This document shows, one piece after another, positions 15,684 to 26,537 of a stretch of DNA of 32,000 nucleotides (positions within the stretch are counted from its first letter, which is position 1; each line of letters starts with the position of its first letter). A program made the position numbers and the translations under genes. The notes beneath the pieces were generated by a model, which saw nothing but the letters and a program-made list of their open reading frames with translations, ran no database searches and was not told the DNA's origin. Origin of the DNA: Candidatus Saccharimonadota bacterium (GTDB taxonomy: Bacteria; Bacteroidota; Bacteroidia; Cytophagales; Amoebophilaceae); assembly GCF_964030745.1 (NCBI RefSeq), contig NZ_OZ034918.1:780001-812000 (forward strand). Reading direction: 5' to 3'.

Positions 15684-16118
15684 CCCTATTTTGCAAGGTT
15701 TTATACAAAAAAACTCTAAAAATGGTTATTATATATACTATAATATACGGTTTTTTATATTCATAAACAAATAAATATATAATATTTCAGGGCCGACTAA
15801 ATAGCTGAATCGATATCTTTTTCATCGGGAAAATCGTGAACTCAGCCCGCAAGCGGGCTTCAAACAAACGATTTTCTAATCCGATGAAAAATATATCGCT
15901 CAGGTGCTAGTGTTTTACTAGGGCGCCATTTTTCATCGAAGGAGATGCGGGGCTGGTCATGGGTTAGCCATTGTATGCGTTCAGCGCTATGGCCATAGTA
16001 GTAAAATGCCCCAACTTTTTACCGAGGGCTTGATTTTTTGTCCACTTCTTTATCAATAAAAAAGTGAAATACAATTCATTATTAACCAGTGACGTGAATA
16101 GATACAAAAGGTAGATCA

Positions 16119-16913
16119 TTATACTGCAATAGCGGCTTTAATAGCTGGATGATGCATATAATTAAGCAATGTAAAATCCTCATAAGTAAAATCAAACAAA
16201 TCTGTTACCCGGTTGCAGAGTTGCATGGTTGGCAGTGCGTAGGGTATGCGTTTGAGTTGCAAATTTGCCTGCTCTAAGTGGTTATAGTATAAGTGAGCAT
16301 CCCCTAGCGTATGAATCAGTGTACCAGGCTTTAGCTGACATACTTGAGCCATCATCATGGTTAACAGCGCGTAAGATGCAATATTAAAAGGAACCCCTAG
16401 AAAAACATCGGCACTACGTTGGTAGAATTGGCAGGATAGTTTGCCATTTGCTACGTAAAATTGAAAAAAAGCATGGCAAGGTGGCAAAGCCATTTTAGGA
16501 ATTTCACCTACATTCCATGCACTGACCAATAGCCTGCGTGAGTCAGGGCGTGTTTTGATTTCCTCTATAATGGTGCTTATTTGATCAATTTTTTCCCCTG
16601 TTGCTGTAGGCCAGCTCCTCCACTGGTGCCCGTAAATAGGGCCTAGTTCACCCTCTTTAGTAGCCCACTCATTCCATATGGTAACCCCATGTTGCTGTAA
16701 ATAAGCTATGTTTGTATCTCCCTTTAAAAACCAGAGCAACTCATGAATAATGGAATGGAGGTGTACTTTTTTAGTGGTAAGCAATGGGAATCCCTCATCT
16801 AAGTTAAACCGCATCTGGTGGCCAAAAATACTCTTGGTGCCGGTTCCCGTCCTATCTTCTTTGTCAATTCCCTCTACTAAAATATGTTGCAGTAAGCTTA
16901 AATATTGTTTCAT
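16119..16913 (-). CDS. thyA: Thymidylate synthase
   Basis: [60 protein letters not shown], and [13 protein letters not shown] with the active-site Cys. 264 aa. Confidence 0.95.
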   Translation of the reverse strand: MKQYLSLLQHILVEGIDKEDRTGTGTKSIFGHQMRFNLDEGFPLLTTKKVHLHSIIHELLWFLKGDTNIAYLQQHGVTIWNEWATKEGELGPIYGHQWRSWPTATGEKIDQISTIIEEIKTRPDSRRLLVSAWNVGEIPKMALPPCHAFFQFYVANGKLSCQFYQRSADVFLGVPFNIASYALLTMMMAQVCQLKPGTLIHTLGDAHLYYNHLEQANLQLKRIPYALPTMQLCNRVTDLFDFTYEDFTLLNYMHHPAIKAAIAV

Positions 16914-16953
16914 TGGCTTGAGTTGTCTATATGGTATGTAAGATTCAGCAGCT

Positions 16954-17502
16954 TCATATCTCTATAATTTTTTGTAAAAGCTTAGAACTTTTTACTATAT
17001 CGAATGCTTCTATGCACCATGGTGTAAAGTTTGCTAGGTGTGCATTTAAGAAGTTAATAGATTCAGACCATTCTAGGAGCCGTACCTCTTCTATTTCTGC
17101 TTTGTTTATGGTGATTGTTTCATCTGATTGTGCTATATAAATAGGACATATTTCATATTCCATTATATTACTACCTTTCATGGTGCATTGATAACAATAA
17201 TCAGCTACATGATAGAGCGCTTGTAGGCTAATGCCTAGCTCAAATTGACTATGCCTGTGTACGGCTTGCTCATATGTTTCAGTAATTTGAGGATGTCCGC
17301 AGAAACTATTAGACCAAAACAATGGCCAGGTTTTTTTTAGGCTGCTTCTTCTTTGTAATAGTAATCTTTTGTTATGGTCAAAGAGGAATACACAGACTCC
17401 TCTATGCAAAGGCGTATGGGCGTGATGTGCCTCTAATTTATTTTGTATACCCAGTATGTTATCTTTATGATCAACCAATACAACATGTTTAGATTCTAGC
17501 AT
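16954..17502 (-). CDS. idi: Isopentenyl-diphosphate delta-isomerase, type 1 (Nudix fold)
   Basis: [12 protein letters not shown]...[47 protein letters not shown] matches the IDI-1 pattern (LHRAFS.F.F......LLQ.R...K...P..W.NS.CGHP). Confidence 0.85.
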   Translation of the reverse strand: MLESKHVVLVDHKDNILGIQNKLEAHHAHTPLHRGVCVFLFDHNKRLLLQRRSSLKKTWPLFWSNSFCGHPQITETYEQAVHRHSQFELGISLQALYHVADYCYQCTMKGSNIMEYEICPIYIAQSDETITINKAEIEEVRLLEWSESINFLNAHLANFTPWCIEAFDIVKSSKLLQKIIEI

Positions 17503-17716
17503 TTTTTAACAGTTTTATTCTGGCGTTGATTTCTTTTTCAAGTAAAAAAACACGCTTTCAATTAACCATCGAATTTATGCCAATTCCTGGTTGTGAGCAA
17601 GTGCTTTATTGCTTTGTTTACGCCACCCCATGGCCTTAGCTTGAGAAAAAGCAACAGCTGCTTAAACAAGCACAAGGTAGGCTACCTATTTCTTTGATCA
17701 TTTATTTGAAAAAATA

Positions 17717-17747
17717 TTTGCGGTTTAAAAAAAAAGCTATACCTTTG
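17717..17747 (+). promoter_or_regulatory. Candidate Bacteroidetes-type sigma-A promoter for the 23S-5S unit
   Basis: TTTG (17717-17720), a 19-nt spacer, then TACCTTTG (17740-17747). This fits the TTTG / TAnnTTTG (-33/-7) consensus and lies about 175 nt upstream of mature 23S. Confidence 0.45.
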
Positions 17748-17921
17748 TAGTACGATTCAGCGTAGAAGAGAGCAAAGCACTGAAGGCGTTAGCATAAAGG
17801 TGCTAAGGTCTTAAGTAATGCTACGTTAGGTTTCGAAAGATGTTCTTTGACTTATTGTAAAAGCAAAATAGGGTAGGCGGGTCCCTTTTAGGGATTCAGC
17901 ATATTTCCATTTCAAGAGCGA

Positions 17922-20864
<2,943 letters not shown>

Positions 20865-20963
20865 TTTTTTCTTGATTTTGCTTTTACAGTAGTCAATTAC
20901 ACTCTTGTTTTAGGGTGGTAAATGGTTGATCTATCAACCTATAAAATTATAGTATTAAAAATA

Positions 20964-21072
20964 AAGGCGACGAAAGCGCTGGTGTGCACCTCTTCCCATT
21001 CCGAACAGAGCAGTTAAGCCCAGCAGCGCCGATGGTACTTCGGTAATACGCGGGAGAGTAGGTAGTTGCCAT
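20964..21072 (+). rRNA. rrf: 5S ribosomal RNA
   Basis: GGCGACGAAAGCGCTGGTGTGCACCTCTTCCCATTCCGAACAGAGCAGTTAAGCCCAGCAGCGCCGATGGTACT...GGGAGAGTAGGTAGTTGCC, with 5' GGCGAC pairing to 3' GTTGCC. Confidence 0.92.
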
Positions 21073-21088
21073 CTTTTTATTTTTTTTT

Positions 21089-21126
21089 GCCATGCAGTGA
21101 TCGTTCACTGTATGGCATTTTTTTTA
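21089..21126 (+). terminator. Rho-independent terminator of the rRNA unit
   Basis: GCCATGCAGTGA (21089-21100), loop TCGT, TCACTGTATGGC (21105-21116, one G-U pair), followed by a T8 run. Confidence 0.8.
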
Positions 21127-21161
21127 TATATGCTTAGCATAAGCATTAAGCACTATTTTGT

Positions 21162-23207
21162 ATGTTAACAATCCCTCTGTTTTTACACACATTTTTTCTT
21201 AGCATATCGCTTCCTGCTATACAGGATAAGCTAGAAGCATTAAAAAATGATCCTACCATTACAGAACTTACTTTTTTTAAAGGGCGTATAAAAGTCGCTG
21301 AAGTTGAGGCCCTTGCGCAGGGGCTAAAGGGTACCCAAATTACAAAGCTTGTGTTTGCTTGCGAGTTTGTAGGAGATGCTGGCGCTGAGGCGCTTGCAGC
21401 AGTGTTGAAAGATACAAAAATTACAACCCTTGAACTATATTGTACGAGCATAGGAGACGCTGGCGCGAAGGCACTGGCAGAAGGATTAAAGGGCTCGCAC
21501 GTTACCACACTTAACCTTGATTCTAATCTCATACATGCTGCTGGCGCTGAGGCGCTTGCAGCAGTGTTGAAAGATACAAAAATTACAACCCTTGACCTGA
21601 GTGGTAATTCTATGGAGGCTGCTGGAGTTAATCTTCTTATACAAGGATTAAAGGGTACGCAAGTTAGAACGCTTGCCTTGAATGGCAATCATATGGGAGA
21701 CGCTGGAGCTAGTTTTCTTGCCCAAGGATTAAAGGATACGCAAATTACAAAGCTTGACCTGAGTATCAATCACATTGGAGAAGTTGGCGTTAGGGCTCTT
21801 GCACAAGGATTGAAGGATACGCAAGTTACAGAGCTTGATCTGAGCCGCAATAAGATAGGAGCCGCTGGCGCGAAGGCACTTGCACAACTGTTGAAAGATA
21901 CCAAAATTACAACCTTGAACCTGAGTCATACCAACATAGGAGATGCTGGTGCTGAGGCACTGGCACAAGGACTGAAAGATACCCAAGTTACAACACTTGA
22001 CCTCAGTAACACCAATGTAGGAGACCTTGGTGCTAAGGCCCTTGCACAAGGACTCCAAGGTACACAGGTTACAACACTTAACCTTGGTAAAACTAAGGTG
22101 GGAGCTGTTGGCGCTAAGGCCCTTGTGCAAGGATTAAAGGATACACAAATTACAGAAGTTGGTATTTATGAATGGCACTATTCTGATGTGCAATCTGCAA
22201 AAGGGTTAGTGATAACACTTGATCTTAGCCATCCTGATGTAGGGCCTGCTAGGGTTCGGGTACTTACAAGAGGGTTAAAAGGTACCCGAATTACAAGGGT
22301 TAATTTGACTGATAATCACATAGGAAATGCTGGCGCTAAAGCCCTTGCGCAAGGATTAAAGGATACTCAAATTATAAAGCTTGACCTTGATAAAAATGGA
22401 ATAGGAGATACTGGTGTTAAGGCCTTGGTGGAGGGATTAAAGGATACGCAAGTTAGGGAATTTATCCTTGCTAATAATTTTATAGGAGCAGCTGGCGCTA
22501 AGGCCCTTGCCAAAGGGTTAAAGGATACTCAAATTATAAAGCTTGACCTTGATGGTAATAGGATAGGAGACCCTGGTGTTAGGGCACTTGCATCAGTGCT
22601 CAAAGATACTCAAATTAGGAAGATTAACCTTCGCCGCAATGTAATAGGAGAGGCTGGAGCTGTGGCACTTGCACAAGTACTAAAGGATATTCCAATTACA
22701 ACACTTGACCTGACTGATAATGTAATAGGAGAGGTTGGCGCTATAGCACTTGCACCAGTGCTCAAGGATACTCAAATTACAGAGCTTAACCTTACTGGCA
22801 ATTATATAGGGGATGCTGGCGCTATAGCACTTGCACCAGTGCTCAAGGATACTCACATTACAGAACTTTGCCTTAGTCACAATGATATAGGGGATACTGG
22901 CGCTATGATACTTGCACCAGCGCTCAAGGATACTCAAATTACAGAGCTTGACCTTGGTAGTAATTATATAGGGAATGCTGGTGCTAGGACGCTTGCACAA
23001 GGATTAAAGCATACGCAGATTACAAAGATTAGTCTTTATAATAATAACATAGGAGTTGTTGGTGCTAGAGCCCTTGCAAAGGGGTTAAAGGAGACGCAAG
23101 TTAGGGAGATTAAGCTTGATAGCAATAATATAGGTGCCGATGCGGCTAAAGTCCTTGCACAAGAATTTAAGAACTGTAAAAGCAAATTGAAATTTAGCAT
23201 ATTTTAG
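21162..23207 (+). CDS. Leucine-rich repeat protein, RNI/NLR-like class, ~24 tandem 27-residue repeats (candidate host-interaction effector)
   Basis: 81-nt periodicity. Repeat consensus TQITxLDLSxNxIGDAGAKALAQGLKD. Two units share a 56-nt identical block (21378-21433 and 21540-21595, 162 nt apart). One degenerate unit lies near 22140-22270. Confidence 0.85.
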   Translation: MLTIPLFLHTFFLSISLPAIQDKLEALKNDPTITELTFFKGRIKVAEVEALAQGLKGTQITKLVFACEFVGDAGAEALAAVLKDTKITTLELYCTSIGDAGAKALAEGLKGSHVTTLNLDSNLIHAAGAEALAAVLKDTKITTLDLSGNSMEAAGVNLLIQGLKGTQVRTLALNGNHMGDAGASFLAQGLKDTQITKLDLSINHIGEVGVRALAQGLKDTQVTELDLSRNKIGAAGAKALAQLLKDTKITTLNLSHTNIGDAGAEALAQGLKDTQVTTLDLSNTNVGDLGAKALAQGLQGTQVTTLNLGKTKVGAVGAKALVQGLKDTQITEVGIYEWHYSDVQSAKGLVITLDLSHPDVGPARVRVLTRGLKGTRITRVNLTDNHIGNAGAKALAQGLKDTQIIKLDLDKNGIGDTGVKALVEGLKDTQVREFILANNFIGAAGAKALAKGLKDTQIIKLDLDGNRIGDPGVRALASVLKDTQIRKINLRRNVIGEAGAVALAQVLKDIPITTLDLTDNVIGEVGAIALAPVLKDTQITELNLTGNYIGDAGAIALAPVLKDTHITELCLSHNDIGDTGAMILAPALKDTQITELDLGSNYIGNAGARTLAQGLKHTQITKISLYNNNIGVVGARALAKGLKETQVREIKLDSNNIGADAAKVLAQEFKNCKSKLKFSIF

Positions 23208-23624
23208 TGTATTATAGGTAGCATTCAGAGTTGAAAATTGCTAAAACTGCAATTAAAATATTGGATAACATCGCCTCCATGCTAGCCACACACAATGTGC
23301 TAGCCCACCTTTGATGCAAGGCCATTCCAATCAGTCGTATCCCCTCTATGGTCAATAGAAAATTTTCTGCATCATAGTCAATAGATTAATTGTACCGTAA
23401 TATAAACAATCATACTACGCTAGTGTAGTGTGTATTGCACATGCATCTTGCTTTTATATGCTTTATTCCATAACTCATAAGAAAGGATAGCTTTATTCGA
23501 CTCTATCTGTTTTTATCTTTTAACTGATATAGCTATGGGTAAGAAATATATAAAAGTGTTGGTGTTAAAGTTGGTATCTATAACTCAGTTTATCCAATGT
23601 ACTATTTTAAGTAGTGAATTGCCT

Positions 23625-24488
23625 ATGGGTAATAGCAATAGTCTGCCACGGCATCAAGATGGCTCAGAGAGAGGGATTAAAGAACAAGCTGAGCAAGGGC
23701 ATCAAGAATATACAAAAGTATGCTGTATTGATTTGTATGCCTTATTTGAGAAAGGGAAAGCTGGTCTAGAAAAATGTATAAAAGGTGATGGGGCCAAGAC
23801 ATCTCCCATCATCATGTCTGGTAATAAACATTCTAATAGTGATTGTTATCATGCGATAGCTCTTTGTAATGAAACAGCGCTTAGTAACGATGTTGTTGTT
23901 CTGGAGGGTCAATATCCTAAAGCAGGATTAGAGCGCATCAGGCAGGGTGTTCATGATCTAGAGGGCTTTAAGTCTCTGATTGCGCATCTTTTAGCGCAAA
24001 ATTATAAGGTGGTTGTTTTTGCTTCTATAGAATACCCTGCTTGCATTCCTCTAGTGTTAGGGCATGTTATTGGCCTTACTAAGGAGCAGTTAAGCAGTAT
24101 ATATATGATATTTAATGGATTTGATGCAAATAATAATAGTGCTGGTAGCCAAGGCAAACATATAGTGTTGGCTGAGCGCGAAATTGGTATAAAAGGCAAA
24201 GGAGGAAATGGTTTGGTAGTATCAAGTTTAGCCCCTAGTCCTGAAAGCTATTTAGGTGCTGCGATTAATTATATATGCATGGATTTAAATGGTAAAAGTC
24301 AATCGAATAATTCAGTTTCAACTAGTTCGTATTGGTCTAGGCTAATAGAATTTGAAATGCAGCGATATAGGCTTATGCAAAAAATGGAAAAAGATAAAGA
24401 GCCTTGTATAAACTTGAATAATCAACTTTGGAGCTTTGCAGAGGAATTAGCGCTTTCTGTTAGTTTTTTTGATAGCGATTCCTCTTAG
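23625..24488 (+). CDS. Hypothetical protein (287 aa from the internal ATG) with N-terminal MGNSNS motif; candidate effector
   Basis: Long ORF with no recognised domain. Start choice is uncertain: the ORF track ATG 23535 adds 30 hydrophobic/basic residues. Confidence 0.55.
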   Translation: MGNSNSLPRHQDGSERGIKEQAEQGHQEYTKVCCIDLYALFEKGKAGLEKCIKGDGAKTSPIIMSGNKHSNSDCYHAIALCNETALSNDVVVLEGQYPKAGLERIRQGVHDLEGFKSLIAHLLAQNYKVVVFASIEYPACIPLVLGHVIGLTKEQLSSIYMIFNGFDANNNSAGSQGKHIVLAEREIGIKGKGGNGLVVSSLAPSPESYLGAAINYICMDLNGKSQSNNSVSTSSYWSRLIEFEMQRYRLMQKMEKDKEPCINLNNQLWSFAEELALSVSFFDSDSS

Positions 24489-24534
24489 CAAACAGGATGT
24501 GTGATCATTTCAACAGAAGCGAGACATTTTTCTT

Positions 24535-24783
24535 GTATCTGTTCAACACTATGGCCATAGTGATAAAATGCCCCTGTAAAAAGTTTCGAAATAGAAGCCA
24601 CCCCTTGCAGATGATTGGGAAAAACAGATTCCTTTGAAGCCCGCGCAGCGGGCGACTTCTGTTTTTCCATCTGTAAGGGGTGGCTTCCGGAACTTTTTGC
24701 CGAGGGCTTGATTTTTTGTCCACTTTTTTATCAAGAAAAAAGTGGAATACAATTCATTATTAACCAGTGACGTGAATAGATAC
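24535..24783 (+). repeat. MITE-like family 1, copy C: short variant (right half) carrying the 116-bp nested palindromic module (24575-24690)
   Basis: Starts GTATCTGTTCAACACTATGGCCATAG and ends TGAATAGATAC (24773-24783). The module has the near-perfect long inverted repeat GAAGCCACCCCTTGCAGATG...CATCTGTAAGGGGTGGCTTC around GCCCGCGCAGCGGGC. Confidence 0.75.
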
Positions 24784-25206
24784 TTTTTCTTTTCCATTTT
24801 AGGTAGGTGCTATCTTGTGGTAAGATAGGCTTACTATCCCAGTACACTTTTTTGTAGCGTTTCTGCTGAAGCTGTACAAAAGTTTTAAGCATAAATACCT
24901 AAAAATCAATAGAATTGAACCTTTTTGTAGTTTATTCTTAAAATAAAAGACAAGTTTTATAGTAAAGAATAAATGCTTACTGCAACGGCTTCAAGATAGC
25001 TATGACAGATTAGCAACCCAAAATTTTTCTAAAATAGATCAAAAGTGCTATATTTGCCCAGTTGGGGAGCTATTACATCATTTTATTGGATCAACCATCT
25101 TTACTTTATTTATAGCAGGTTTACCAGCATGCACCATACCATAGGCCTTCGTAAGTTCCTTATTTGCATTTACCGATCTGGTTTCATTCTTTATTTCGCC
25201 CTAAAT

Positions 25207-26469
25207 ATGGGTTGTGTTTATGGAAATTGTTCTGGAAGCCAGAATAAAAATGAAAAACCCTCTAGTTCAAGTCAAGGATCTCTATTGGCTCCACAAGCTC
25301 CGTTAAAAGGCATGTGTCTCTCTCAAAAAGTCAATAAACAAGCACCAACGGATGTATCAAATATAAATGATTCAGATGATTTTGAACCATCTACAAAAAA
25401 AGTAAATAATTCAGGGCGTGTTGCTAAAGTGCCAGAGGTTCTGCAGGTAATTTTGTTTCTTCATGGACTACATAGACTCTCTTATGATTTTGAGAAAATG
25501 AAGGCAGACCTACAAAAAAAATTTCCAGATGCTAAGATACTGGCTTTAAAATGTGTCAATAAAGACCCTAATAAACAGGGTCACTTGGAGCCTTCTCCTA
25601 CTCTCGAGTTCTCTATCCAGGAGCAGGCTAAACGGGCTTATGAAGAGATTAAAAAAAGAGTTCCCCGCGGTAGCCATATTGTATTAGTAGGCCATAGCCA
25701 AGGGGGGCTACGCGCTTTTACCCTTGCTAAAGAATATGGTAGCCGTTTGGAGAGCGAAGATGAAATCTTTATAGATAAATTGGTTACTATTGGTACCCCT
25801 TGGAAAGGCGCACCAATAATGAACTATATCAAAAATATCAAAAAGTTTAAGGAACAATTTGACAAGATAGAAACAACTTTAAATCGTATAAAGAAAGGGT
25901 ATAGCAAGGCTGTAAGGGGATATTTTTTTAAAGTTATGCCAGGATTCGCAAATTCATGGCCTTGGCTATATGAAAAATTAGTTCCATACATCATGGAAAA
26001 AAAATATCTAGGAGCTGCAAATTTAGATCCAGGTCACTATTTTATTCGTGACTATATTCCATCAGCTCTCAAAGAAATCGATCTGCCTATTACCGCTATT
26101 GCTGGTGTGTTGACCGATTTTTCTAAGCTTTTTGCGCCACTCCCATCTTCTATTCTGTCCCACGAATTGGCTCAACTCAATGCTACTTATGCAGAGCTGA
26201 TTGGAGGCGATGCACAATGTGAGCATGATATGTTACTGCCTGTTGCTACACAACATGCAGAAGGGTTGGCTACGAAAAATTTTAAACGTATCAAAGTATA
26301 TGGTGCCTGTCATGGCAATAAAGTAGGAGTTGCAATAAAACGTAAATTTTCTGAACTCAATAATCAAGAGGTGATAGACAAGGTAGCCGAATCTATAGAA
26401 GAAGTCTTTTACGAGGAAAAAGAAGCGGTAGATATAGCAGCAGCGGGCAGCTTGCCCTCTGCTGCTTAG
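25207..26469 (+). CDS. Alpha/beta-hydrolase lipase/esterase (PGAP1-like / lipase class 2-like), 420 aa from the internal ATG, N-terminal MGCVYGNC motif; candidate effector
   Basis: FLHGL (oxyanion-hole HG), IVLVGHSQGG (nucleophile elbow G-x-S-x-G), LVTIGTPWKGAP, and later candidate acid/His residues (CEHDMLLP, GACHGN). Alternative starts are GTG 25045 and ATG 25129. Confidence 0.7.
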   Translation: MGCVYGNCSGSQNKNEKPSSSSQGSLLAPQAPLKGMCLSQKVNKQAPTDVSNINDSDDFEPSTKKVNNSGRVAKVPEVLQVILFLHGLHRLSYDFEKMKADLQKKFPDAKILALKCVNKDPNKQGHLEPSPTLEFSIQEQAKRAYEEIKKRVPRGSHIVLVGHSQGGLRAFTLAKEYGSRLESEDEIFIDKLVTIGTPWKGAPIMNYIKNIKKFKEQFDKIETTLNRIKKGYSKAVRGYFFKVMPGFANSWPWLYEKLVPYIMEKKYLGAANLDPGHYFIRDYIPSALKEIDLPITAIAGVLTDFSKLFAPLPSSILSHELAQLNATYAELIGGDAQCEHDMLLPVATQHAEGLATKNFKRIKVYGACHGNKVGVAIKRKFSELNNQEVIDKVAESIEEVFYEEKEAVDIAAAGSLPSAA

Positions 26470-26537
26470 TTGTGTGTACTGTTAGGGAACGTAATAAAAA
26501 AATTAGCATCTTGAAAAGTATAAAAAGTAAGGAGGTT

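Larger units (their letters stand above)
14245..15798 (-). mobile_element. IS5-family insertion sequence (~1.55 kb), nested in MITE copy B
   Basis: Perfect terminal inverted repeats (A)GTCGGCCCTGAA at 14245-14257 and TTCAGGGCCGAC(T) at 15786-15798. A direct duplication of the target is visible, but its length is ambiguous between AAAT (4 bp) and TAAATA (6 bp). Two transposase ORFs lie inside. Confidence 0.85.
14178..16105 (+). repeat. MITE-like family 1, copy B, split by an IS5-family insertion (left part 14178-14246, right part 15798-16105); lacks the 116-bp nested module
   Basis: Left TIR GTATCTATTCA (14178) and right TIR TGAATAGATAC (16095-16105). The uninterrupted sequence CCCGATAGTAAATAGCTGAATCGATA at 10576-10600 shows the empty site of the IS insertion. 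The junction AAAATGCCCC|AACTTTTT at 16012/16013 is the empty site of the 116-bp module. Confidence 0.8.

Noticed and set aside
11305-17140. Assorted short ORFs antisense to tatD, the phosphoesterase, ldcA, thyA and idi (11305-11496, 12228-12521, 13162-13359, 13532-13735, 16750-16941, 16931-17140); also 24002-24199, 27199-27405, 28181-28469 and 29272-29490
   Set aside because: All are embedded within, or antisense to, well-supported genes. They are 61-97 aa with no motifs.
17503-17921. Search for a 16S 3' end or spacer tRNAs upstream of the 23S
   Set aside because: No anti-Shine-Dalgarno-containing 16S tail and no GTTCGAATC-type T-loop or cloverleaf were seen. The region reads as a promoter plus leader only.
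21146-23000. Antisense ORFs 21146-21688, 21729-22130 and 22680-23000 opposite the LRR gene
   Set aside because: They are periodic artefacts of the 81-nt repeat. The sense frame gives a textbook LRR consensus, while the antisense frames give Cys/Ser-rich low-complexity sequence.
25045-25206. GTG-initiated 54-residue N-terminal extension of the lipase ORF
   Set aside because: The extension is aromatic/Ile-rich, typical of translated AT-rich spacer, and a candidate -7 promoter box overlaps it. ATG 25207 gives a coherent MGC N-terminus. This remains uncertain, and ATG 25129 is also possible.
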